Below, piece by piece: positions 17,301 to 24,443 of a stretch of DNA of 64,000 bases. The notes under the pieces are model-generated. The model made no database searches. It saw only the letters and a program-made list of their open reading frames with translations, and was not told where the DNA came from. The stretch spans positions 2,602,503-2,666,502 of the forward strand of contig OY782877.1 of the NCBI GenBank assembly GCA_963678445.1, in the 5' to 3' direction. The stretch comes from Candidatus Hydrogenedentota bacterium. GTDB lineage: Bacteria > Hydrogenedentota > Hydrogenedentia > Hydrogenedentales > G963678445. A program made the translations under genes and the position numbers. How positions within the stretch are numbered: position 1 is the stretch's first letter; the number at the start of each line of letters is the position of its first letter.

Positions 17301-18619
17301 ACCTCGCAGAAGTCATCATCAACAGCGCAAACGTTGTGCCAGATGTTGCCGGTACCTATACCGTAAGCTTCAGTGCGACGGACGAAGCCGGTAATACAGC
17401 GACAGCAACACGTACGGTTATCGTTGATGGTCCGAACTGTGGTGGTGAAGGCGAAGGCGAAGGCCAGGTTCCAGAAGGTGAAGGCGAAGGTCAAGCGGCA
17501 ATCTGTGAAGACGTCAATGGCGATGCTATCGTCGACAATCCCTTCATCTGCCTGCTTCAAGACGGCAGCCGTTGGGATGCCGCTGCTAACCTTGGCGGAA
17601 CCTGCGCACGTAACGTCTCCATGGTTACCTGGTTTGGCAATGTTGCAGGTGCGGATGTAGCCCTGACCGTTGCTAACCCCGCCGATGCAACCCAAGAAGT
17701 GACCGTTACCGTACCACGCGGCGTCTTGGCGGCTGATGAACAGGCCGTATTGATGCTGACCGTATCTTGTGACGATCTCACCAGCTTGTTGGGTGCAGGC
17801 GAAGCCGCTCTCGTCGGTGAAGAACCCAGTGGCTTCGTTGCCGGTGGTCTTTTCTTCGATGTTAGCATCCTCGTTACCAACGACGGTGGTGCAACCTACG
17901 CCGAACTTGATAACCGTGTACTCGAAGCACAGCCGGTCCGTCTGAGCCTCAACGGCTTGGCCTTCACGCCGGGTGCTGTGCCCTCCTTCTACGCATATCC
18001 GACCGAGATGGTCTTTGACATGGTCAACGGCTTTGGGCTGGAAGTGACAGCAGGTGCGGCATGGAGTGCGGGTATGTTGCAGAACGTAACCGCAGACGGT
18101 GCAACCTTAACGGCTGAGACGGCAGAGCTCTCCATCTTCGGTGCCTACGAAACCATGCCGATGGGTCCGGTGCTTTCGGTCTCCCCGAATCCTGCCTACG
18201 ATGTGGTCGCGGGTATCGTCGAAGTGGGTCAATCTGTTGACACCACCCTGACCCTGAGCAACATCGGCGGTGGTGTTCTTAACGGAACAGCTACCCTGAA
18301 CGATCCGGCGGGTGTCTTCACCTTGGTCAGTGACCCCAACTACAGCTTGGGTGAAGCTGCGGCGTTGACCATTCGCTTTACGCCGGCGGCTGCACAAGAG
18401 TACACCGCTGAGTTGACTCTGAGTGGTGGCGAAAACGACGTAGTAATCACCCTTACCGGTGCTGGTACGACCGTTGCCAAACGCTACAGCTTCTTCGGCT
18501 GCTCGCCGGTGACGGCGTCTGGCGCAGGACTGTTCGGCGACCTGCTCGCGATTGCCATCGTGGTAATGGCACTGGTCGGGTTCGGACGCTTCTACCGTCG
18601 GAATAGCCAGGAAGGCTAA
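14378..18619 (+). CDS. Giant surface protein of 1413 aa. It has a signal peptide, three cohesin-like modules, two HYR-like domains, six DUF5011-like Ig domains, a GEGEGEG linker, a 370-aa C-terminal region and a sorting-signal-like tail.
   Basis: Cohesin-like pattern GDTFEVEVTFDAGTGVLGAYDLVFTFDKTIFQVNSV...SGQVLFNAVNA...TGVVSIARFTVEVIG. The DUF5011-like repeat (P-x-I-T-L-x-G-x-x-x-V-x-V-E-C-G-x-x-Y-x-D-x-G-A-x-A-x-D-x-C) occurs six times. GGGGAGGT lies upstream of the MRTK start. The track ORF starts at 14207. Confidence 0.85.
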   Translation: MRTKTSRMFRSMPLWVLCLTALCVVSSGAFAAVGDITISAPAEAQNTGDTFEVEVTFDAGTGVLGAYDLVFTFDKTIFQVNSVAGGTTSEFSGPPTSNVQNDSGQVLFNAVNAVSLTSPTGVVSIARFTVEVIGNPSGGTSNLGITVTAIGDTTGSSFDTVTPVAGTVTLTEPPLDAVIDLALPDTSPEASSQFTAELTIDVGDKVLGAYDFKLVYDKDVVTVAKVLGGSTSEFSGPPTANIQNESGQVLFNAVNAVSLSSPTGVVSIANITFDVVGEAASSTAIEVRVTALGDTGGSSLTVENFSETLTVAAGPPDAVIDLALPETDPAPSSQFTAELTIDVGDDNVLGAYDFKLVYDKDVVTVAKVLGGSTSEFSGPPTANIQNESGQVLFNAVNAVSLSSPTGVVSIANITFDVVGEAGASTAIEVRVTALGDTGGSSLTVENFSETLTVLDQDVTDPTAVCQSITVQLDASGAANITAEQVDNGSSDNVGIDSMGVSPSSFSCADLGDNTVTLTVADAAGNNATCEATVTVVDNIAPVAVCQNITVNLSALGTATITAAQLDGGSSDNCGITTMTASKDSFTCADLGANDVTFAVEDASGNGDSCTATVTVVDVTPPTITLTGASPVTVECGGDYTDAGATAIDTCDVDLTNSIIVGGDTVDTTTPGSYTITYNVSDTAGNAATQVTRTVNVTDTTAPVVTLNGADSVTIECGDTYIDAGGTATDSCDSSSLTVTTNAATAVNTAAAGTYTVTLRAEDASGNVGTATREVKVEDTEAPVISLIGSVAVEVECGGIYADQGASATDSCAGDLSANIVVNNPVDTTSLGEYTVTYNVSDATGNAAEQVTRTVTVVDEVAPTLVLVGGNVTVECGDSYTDAGATATDTCEGDLTASIVATGIDAVDTATPGTYTISYNVSDTAGNAADQVARTVQVIDTTIPVITLAGANPLTVDCSDSYTDPGASVEDACDTNLAEVIINSANVVPDVAGTYTVSFSATDEAGNTATATRTVIVDGPNCGGEGEGEGQVPEGEGEGQAAICEDVNGDAIVDNPFICLLQDGSRWDAAANLGGTCARNVSMVTWFGNVAGADVALTVANPADATQEVTVTVPRGVLAADEQAVLMLTVSCDDLTSLLGAGEAALVGEEPSGFVAGGLFFDVSILVTNDGGATYAELDNRVLEAQPVRLSLNGLAFTPGAVPSFYAYPTEMVFDMVNGFGLEVTAGAAWSAGMLQNVTADGATLTAETAELSIFGAYETMPMGPVLSVSPNPAYDVVAGIVEVGQSVDTTLTLSNIGGGVLNGTATLNDPAGVFTLVSDPNYSLGEAAALTIRFTPAAAQEYTAELTLSGGENDVVITLTGAGTTVAKRYSFFGCSPVTASGAGLFGDLLAIAIVVMALVGFGRFYRRNSQEG

Positions 18620-18653
18620 ATCACAAGCCAAATACAGCTGAGTTAATCGTAAA

Positions 18654-18692
18654 GCCCCGCAGGCGCTGCTTGCGGGGCTTCGTTGTGTGTAT
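18654..18692 (+). terminator. Rho-independent terminator-like hairpin downstream of the giant surface-protein gene.
   Basis: GCCCCGCAGG-cgctg-CTTGCGGGGC followed by the T-rich cgttgtgtgt. Confidence 0.5.
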
Positions 18693-18829
18693 TGGAGATA
18701 ATAAATAGCTCCTTCTTTCTTTTTACGGAAAAAGAAAGAAGAAAAAACGGATATGTAAGTAGCTTTGTTCTGATTGGCCACGGGAAGTAGCATGTTTTTG
18801 GGTGTAGCCTGCTCAGCGAAAAAGGAAGG

Positions 18830-18872
18830 ACCAGCGAGTAGTGAGGGCTGTGCCCGATACTACTCGCTGACC
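18830..18872 (-). terminator. Hairpin downstream of rhaB on the minus strand, a probable terminator in the convergent intergenic region.
   Basis: CAGCGAGTAGT-N16-ACTACTCGCTG inverted repeat. The minus strand is followed by ccttcctttttcgc. A second AT-rich palindrome TTCTTTCTTTTTacggAAAAAGAAAGAA lies at about 18713-18740. Confidence 0.4.
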
Positions 18873-18941
18873 CTTTGGGATTCTGCTCTATATACCCTCT
18901 GCGATAACCGATTGTAAAAAAAGAATGGTTTAAGCTGCCTT

Positions 18942-20414
18942 TTATTTCGCGCTGTGCTGGTCCCAATCGGTTGTGTTTTTGGGTTGGTACTGTTCAAGGG
19001 GGCTGGAATGGGCGATAAGGGTGCGCAAGGCCTGGACGGAGTCAAGGGCGCCCACGCCAATCGCCTGTAATCCGATATTTCCCAGCGCGGTGGCTTCAAC
19101 GGGGCCGGCAGTAACGGGAATGCCGCAGGCATCCGCTGTCATTTGGCATAGAAGCTTGTTTTGAGTGCCGCCACCGATGATGTAGAGGCGTTCGGTCTTG
19201 CGTCCGAGCAGCCGGTCGAGCGTATGCAGGGTCTGGCGATATTTCATCGCAAGGCTCTCGAGCGCACAGCGGATGATCTCGCCGCGGGTTTCTGGGACGG
19301 GTTGTCCAGACTCACGGCAGAGTGTTTGGATAAGTTCAGGCATGTTGTCGGGAGCCAGCAGGCGCGGATCATCGAGATCGATTAGCGCAGTGAACGCAGG
19401 GGCAGCCTCGGCCTCGGCGGTGAGTGTACTGTAGTCGAGGGATTCTCCTGTTTCACGCTCCCAGACACGTCGACATTCTTGCACAAGCCAGAGCCCAAAG
19501 ATATTTTTGAGGAAGCGGATGGTGTTTTCTGCACCACCTTCGTTGGTGAAATCTTCTTTCAGACTCTCCTCGTTGACCATGGGTTCGGGGAGTTCTGCGC
19601 CAAGCAGCGACCAGGTGCCACTGGAGAGATAGGCCCAAGGCCCACTGTCAGTCGAAACAGGGGTGGCCGCTACAGCAGAACCCGTGTCGTGAATGCAGGG
19701 GGCGATAATGGGGGTATCGGGGCTCAGACCGGTACGCTCAGCTATGTCGGGGAGAAGCTTTCCGATAATCGTTCCGGGGGGGACAATATCGCGCAGCAGG
19801 TTTTTGGGCAGGTCAAACGTATCCAGCAGCTCCTTGTTCCATGTGCGGGTATGGGGTTCTACCAATTGTGAGGTGGAGGCGGCGGTGTATTCGCAGGCTT
19901 GGTTGCCACAGAGTAGATAACTGAGTAAATCGCCCATCATGAGGAGTCCGTCAGCCACTTCTAATATGGGGGACTGTGCTTGGCGCATGCTGAGTAATTG
20001 GTAGAGGGTATTGAATGGGAGGAACTGGATTCCGGTGGCGCGATAGATATCATCTTTGGGGAGGATACTAAAGGCGTGGTCCATCATGCCGTCTGTACGT
20101 TTATCGCGATAGTGTACCGGATTCGCCAATAATTCCCCATCTTTTGTGAGTAGACCAAAGTCGACGCCCCAAGTGTCCACGCCGATTCCGTCGAGCTGAG
20201 GCCCATATTTGCGTGCATAACAAGTGAGCCCGGTACAAATTTCTTCATAGATACGCGGCAAGTCCCATTGTCGCGTCCCCAGCATGGTTAACCCTTCGGT
20301 GCGAAACCGATGCAAGACTTCTAGTTCAATGTGGTCCTTGGCCAGCACTCCGCATACTGCACGCCCACTTTCAGCGCCTAAATCAAAGGCCAGAAAGCGA
20401 TATAACTCCTTCAT
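18942..20414 (-). CDS. rhaB: Rhamnulokinase (FGGY-family carbohydrate kinase).
   Basis: Strong match to RhaB segments: FLAFDLGAESGR, GIGVDTWGVDFGLL, YRDKRTDGMM, GIQFLPFNTLYQL, GGGTQNKLLCQMTADACGIPV. Confidence 0.85.
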   Translation of the reverse strand: MKELYRFLAFDLGAESGRAVCGVLAKDHIELEVLHRFRTEGLTMLGTRQWDLPRIYEEICTGLTCYARKYGPQLDGIGVDTWGVDFGLLTKDGELLANPVHYRDKRTDGMMDHAFSILPKDDIYRATGIQFLPFNTLYQLLSMRQAQSPILEVADGLLMMGDLLSYLLCGNQACEYTAASTSQLVEPHTRTWNKELLDTFDLPKNLLRDIVPPGTIIGKLLPDIAERTGLSPDTPIIAPCIHDTGSAVAATPVSTDSGPWAYLSSGTWSLLGAELPEPMVNEESLKEDFTNEGGAENTIRFLKNIFGLWLVQECRRVWERETGESLDYSTLTAEAEAAPAFTALIDLDDPRLLAPDNMPELIQTLCRESGQPVPETRGEIIRCALESLAMKYRQTLHTLDRLLGRKTERLYIIGGGTQNKLLCQMTADACGIPVTAGPVEATALGNIGLQAIGVGALDSVQALRTLIAHSSPLEQYQPKNTTDWDQHSAK

Positions 20415-20440
20415 GCAAAACTCCTTTACTTCATCCGAAG

Positions 20441-20974
20441 TTACTCCAGAAAATGGCTACTCGTAGTAAGTTGAATATTTGTAATGCCGCTATCTGCCGC
20501 GAGTACGACATTTAAGGTGCGTTTCTCTTTTTCGACATTGTACATGCGCGTATCGCCCATGGCGGCGATATTCATTTCTTGTTTCCAGCCGTGTTTAGTC
20601 AGTTGCTCTTTATAAAAAGCATCCACCTTAGCCAAGGGATCGGCACTTTGTCCATTGAGGATATAAGTGTTACTTTCTTCAATAGACTGGACGAGTTGCA
20701 GGGTCATATTCGTATAGAGCGGGATGTCTTTGGGGAATCCTTCAGGGGGTGTTAACGCATCACCGGTGGCTATATCCATTGTACTTTCGTCACCCTGTAT
20801 AGCGATGGAAATGTTTTCCCCTTTGGAATCCAGATCGACCTGGACCTTTTGCCCATCTTCGCTAAGTGCCGTTTCCAGAGCTTTTTCAGCCACTTTATCG
20901 CCCACGGAGCCGCTACACCCCGCAAGCACAACGGCAAGTATTACGCTGATCATGATTCTTGAGTAAAGTTTCAT
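20441..20974 (-). CDS. Lipoprotein of unknown function.
   Basis: MKLYSRIMISVILAVVLAGCSGS carries a signal peptide and a lipobox. GGGGAG lies 10 nt upstream of this Met. The track ORF extends 6 codons further. Confidence 0.7.
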   Translation of the reverse strand: MKLYSRIMISVILAVVLAGCSGSVGDKVAEKALETALSEDGQKVQVDLDSKGENISIAIQGDESTMDIATGDALTPPEGFPKDIPLYTNMTLQLVQSIEESNTYILNGQSADPLAKVDAFYKEQLTKHGWKQEMNIAAMGDTRMYNVEKEKRTLNVVLAADSGITNIQLTTSSHFLE

Positions 20975-21096
20975 AATAGTTTGGCTCCCCATGGTTGTTG
21001 GCCGTTACATGCACACCTCATTTTGCATAATAGCACATGCACGCATTTTCGCCTATGCTGTTTTTAAAGGACGCCGCCAACAGAACAGGGCCGTAG

Positions 21097-21438
21097 TTAA
21101 GTGTCGAGTAAATCCATCATGTCGCGGACTTCATCATTGATTTTGTCCAGCAGATCGATTACCTCCTGATTGGTTTTTGGCCGGCCTTCCCCGTGTAATT
21201 CCTGTGCTAAACGCAAGCGGGCCCCATCAATGGTCATTTTTTCGTGCCGCAGTAAAAAGTGGATGCGCCGGATAATCTCCACATCTCTTTTGAGATAATA
21301 GCGGCGCCCGCTACGATCCCGACGGGGATGTAGCTGGGGGAATTTGGCTTCCCACTGTCGTAATAGATGCGGCGCGATATGGGTAAGCTCGCTTACCTCG
21401 CTTATTTTCAGGCGCCGTTCGGTATTTGATATATCCAT
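21097..21438 (-). CDS. MerR-family transcriptional regulator.
   Basis: N-terminal helix-turn-helix LKISEVSELTHIAPHLLRQWEAKF...YYLKRDVEIIRRIHFL followed by a coiled-coil dimerisation region. Confidence 0.8.
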   Translation of the reverse strand: MDISNTERRLKISEVSELTHIAPHLLRQWEAKFPQLHPRRDRSGRRYYLKRDVEIIRRIHFLLRHEKMTIDGARLRLAQELHGEGRPKTNQEVIDLLDKINDEVRDMMDLLDT

Positions 21439-22046
21439 GCGGTGTGTTACTCAATGTGTTTCTCAGGTCTTACGGTATAGTAGCGAATTTTCCTCGAAAA
21501 TATCTAACGCGGTCCAGCGAGCGCAGGCAGGTGAGCAGCGGCACAACCGATAAAGAAAATGGCATACGGCCCATTGTGCTGATTGTGCCCAAAGCCGAAC
21601 AGCTCGAAGCGGCTGATTTTCCACGGGGATATAATCCGCGACGTCCGCAGGATAGCATTCTCAAGGCGATGGCGGGGAAAGCTCTTTGCATCGATCTGCT
21701 GTCCCTGCTACAGGAAGAAACCACCCGACATGAAGGCCCGTATTGGTGGAACATCCCCCATGACGGCCATTTCTCCGAAGAAGGGCACGCATTCGTAAAA
21801 TCCGTCCTTTTGAAGTACTTGGGGAAGGAGAAAACGGGGTCGATTAGGCAGGAAATCGAAGTTATTGGCGCAGAGAGTTTTTTGCAAAAAATTGAGAAGT
21901 TGTGTTACAGTCAATGGGTTGCTTATATAGTAAGCAGCAAAATTGCCTTGATTGAAGGGCACAACTACGAATACATAGTAGTTTGTTTTTGGACGCTTTG
22001 CATTTATGATTGCTTCTATCTGCGTTTGAGGGGACTGCAACGGTAA
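21426..22046 (+). CDS. Hypothetical ORF running from normal-GC sequence into the low-GC island. The start is uncertain and a GTG at about 21527 is possible. It may not be a real gene.
   Basis: The only support is the ORF-track ORF. No recognisable domain was found. Composition shifts partway through the ORF. Confidence 0.25.
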   Translation: MIYPCGVLLNVFLRSYGIVANFPRKYLTRSSERRQVSSGTTDKENGIRPIVLIVPKAEQLEAADFPRGYNPRRPQDSILKAMAGKALCIDLLSLLQEETTRHEGPYWWNIPHDGHFSEEGHAFVKSVLLKYLGKEKTGSIRQEIEVIGAESFLQKIEKLCYSQWVAYIVSSKIALIEGHNYEYIVVCFWTLCIYDCFYLRLRGLQR

Positions 22047-22119
22047 CGCAGTATTTATAGAAGGTAATACCAATGTATAGTTCAGGTTAGTTTATTGTTT
22101 TTTGATTACATGAGAGTAG

Positions 22120-22148
22120 TTGACAAAAGAGCTATAAATGATTATATT
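22120..22148 (+). promoter_or_regulatory. Near-consensus sigma70-type promoter, TTGACA-N17-TATATT, inside the low-GC island.
   Basis: gtagTTGACAaaagagctataaatgatTATATTtac lies about 45 nt upstream of the 22193 ORF. Confidence 0.4.
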
Positions 22149-22192
22149 TACAATATTAAGTCATATAGTCTAAATGAAAGGGGATAGGTGTC

Positions 22193-22393
22193 ATGCCCAG
22201 TCATGAAAATGAGATACCTATTAGTGAACAGGCGAAAAAAGAAGTGTGTGAAGTGATTAAGGGTCAGCCTTGTGGGGTATTAGCACAAGACATTTGGCCG
22301 GAGGCACTTGAATGTGCGGAAAGAATGAAGCAACAAGTTGCCGAAGAGCAAACGGCAGCGATTCGATTTGGACAGTGTGAACCACTTTATTAG
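22193..22393 (+). CDS. Small 66-aa protein with four Cys residues, encoded in the low-GC island.
   Basis: GGGGATAGGTG lies upstream of the ATG. The four cysteines are CEVIKGQPCG...ECAERMK...GQCEPLY. A GGCCTT/AAGGCC hairpin follows the stop. Confidence 0.4.
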   Translation: MPSHENEIPISEQAKKEVCEVIKGQPCGVLAQDIWPEALECAERMKQQVAEEQTAAIRFGQCEPLY

Positions 22394-22500
22394 TCGGCCT
22401 TTTATACAATAAGGCCTTGCGTGGGCTTGCTTTCTAGGGGAAAGAGGGTATAGTATTTTCTTTGCATTATTCCCCTATTTAGATAGTTGAGGAATTTTGT

Positions 22501-24219
22501 ATGCAGACGTTGTGTCGTATTCTTGTGACCACGCTCAAAGAAGATACGTTTAGCTTTTTCCGTTATACTCGTGATATTGCTGGCCCAAAACCTCCAGAAC
22601 CTTTGCGAAAAGTTTGCTCTTTAATGCGAACTATGGGGTGTGCCTTCGTTGTTGAAGAAGAGGTGGAGGTAACACCGGAAGCTAAGGAAGAGGTCCGGCT
22701 TCTTGAAAGGTTCAGGAATAAGGGACCTATAGCGCGTACCGTAAAACGGCTGTCTTTTTTTAGGCTTTCCTGTCAGTCAAACGCATTAGACTCTACGTCT
22801 CTTGAAAAGGAACTTACCGCTGATTTTTCCACCTTATCTACCGTGCAATATGATCTGTCGAAGCAGACGGAGCGGTTTAATAAGTTTGTTTCCTTACCTA
22901 ACAAGTACGACCTAAAATTACTTGGAATACTAACACTTCATGTGGATTATCAAGGGAAAGAGTTACTTGGTGCCTATGTTCAGGAAGCATTCATCCGAAA
23001 TTCACCGAGTTTATGTGAATTTATCCACAGTGAGGCAAAACAAAAATTTTTTGTGCTTGGTAAGGAATTTTCGATAACGGGAAGCTATTTTGCCCAGCAG
23101 CAGGGAAGGTTAACCTGTTGTGCTCATGCAGCCCTCATGGTAGTAGCCAAAAATATCTACGCAGCGCTCAACAAGGAGTGTCCTTTATCCTATAGTAAAA
23201 TCAATGGCATTCTTAAGATTGATTCTGAGGAGTTCTCCACCGAATGTGTATGCAAAGGACTTTCACCTGAAGAGATGCAAAAAGCGCTTCGGGACGGAGC
23301 TGGAATTCAGTCAGTGATCATGCGTGCGTCTCCCGACGGAACTACTTTGACAACCCCAGCAGAATTGATCAACGCTGTTTACCATTGTGTCGAAGTTGGG
23401 CTCCCCACAATTATTTGTTTTAGCGGAGACAACCAATCTCATGCCATGGCCGTCGTTGGGCATAATTTTGCCCCAAATCTTTGGCAAGGATGTGTCACGA
23501 ATGCCTATTTTTCCTGCACGCAATCTCAACCCTATTTGCCGAGTCATAGTTGGGTCGAAGGATTGCTGGTGCAAGATGACAACTTTGGGCCATATTGCTT
23601 ATTGCCCAAAAAAATTCTCGATAAACTAAAATTGGTGGCGATATTGCCTCAATTTCCTCAGAATATACTATACGGGCGACCCGAGTATGCTGAAATTGCG
23701 ATAGTCCGTGGATTGAAGAATAGTTTTTGCAAAAATAGTGTATACACTTTGATTCAGGATATTTCTACTTCTCATGTTTCGTCGAATGTAAAAGAGCTGT
23801 TTTGGTTCAAAACACTATGCGAAAATTTTGATAAAAACAGACTAATTCTTCGAACTACCCTGTGTACAAAAGACCGATATATAAACCACTTAAACGAACT
23901 TTTCATGTTTAATTCTAAACAGCCAGCGTTTAAAACGTTGCAAAATCATCTCTTTGAAAACCCTTTTTGGTTTGTGGAAATCAGTGTGCCCGAATTGTTT
24001 ACACACAATCGGCATAAGCTCGGCGAAGCAATTGTCTATAGAACAAGCGAAAAGATTTGCGTTGTCTCGGCAATACGGTTGCCAGGAGTATTGACATTAG
24101 TGAATAGTTTGGGCGAACTAGAGCATTTTTATCTTGAAAATGCTACATATCATTATCCACTTATTGAACGATGCGAGGAGGTATTTGAAGATACCTTTGA
24201 ATTGCAATGTACGGCGTGA
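22501..24219 (+). CDS. Hypothetical 572-aa protein with a possible papain- or transglutaminase-like thiol-hydrolase signature (Gln, Cys, His, Asp). It is encoded in the low-GC island and no family was assigned.
   Basis: GAGGAA RBS 7 nt upstream. Candidate catalytic elements are AQQQGRLTCCAHAAL (Q-x5-C), SHAMAVVGHNF (His) and LLVQDDNFG (Asp). AT-rich codon usage is atypical for this window. Confidence 0.7.
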   Translation: MQTLCRILVTTLKEDTFSFFRYTRDIAGPKPPEPLRKVCSLMRTMGCAFVVEEEVEVTPEAKEEVRLLERFRNKGPIARTVKRLSFFRLSCQSNALDSTSLEKELTADFSTLSTVQYDLSKQTERFNKFVSLPNKYDLKLLGILTLHVDYQGKELLGAYVQEAFIRNSPSLCEFIHSEAKQKFFVLGKEFSITGSYFAQQQGRLTCCAHAALMVVAKNIYAALNKECPLSYSKINGILKIDSEEFSTECVCKGLSPEEMQKALRDGAGIQSVIMRASPDGTTLTTPAELINAVYHCVEVGLPTIICFSGDNQSHAMAVVGHNFAPNLWQGCVTNAYFSCTQSQPYLPSHSWVEGLLVQDDNFGPYCLLPKKILDKLKLVAILPQFPQNILYGRPEYAEIAIVRGLKNSFCKNSVYTLIQDISTSHVSSNVKELFWFKTLCENFDKNRLILRTTLCTKDRYINHLNELFMFNSKQPAFKTLQNHLFENPFWFVEISVPELFTHNRHKLGEAIVYRTSEKICVVSAIRLPGVLTLVNSLGELEHFYLENATYHYPLIERCEEVFEDTFELQCTA

Positions 24220-24443
24220 TTATCTGCGAAACTTTTTGCATAATACCCCTCTGCGTTGAAAAATAGGGCATGCAAAGGCGCTGAGTCGCAAAGTACGCAC
24301 GTTATCAACGTATACAGGAAATGGCTGGCGACATAGGCTTTCGTATGCGTCCTCACGGGGGAGCTTGGGGACGAGTAAAGGCGGGCGGCGTTCTGTTGTG
24401 GGGTGCCGAGCCGGGTGGGTAGAGGCAGGGAAGAATGAGAGGG

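Noticed and set aside
14674-17880. Numerous long antisense and overlapping ORFs inside the giant surface-protein gene, for example 15800..16924, 16973..17695, 15422..15775 and 17557..17880.
   Set aside because: They overlap a strongly supported 1413-aa CDS on the opposite strand or in other frames. They lack RBSs. They are the expected spurious open frames of GC-rich, repeat-rich coding sequence.
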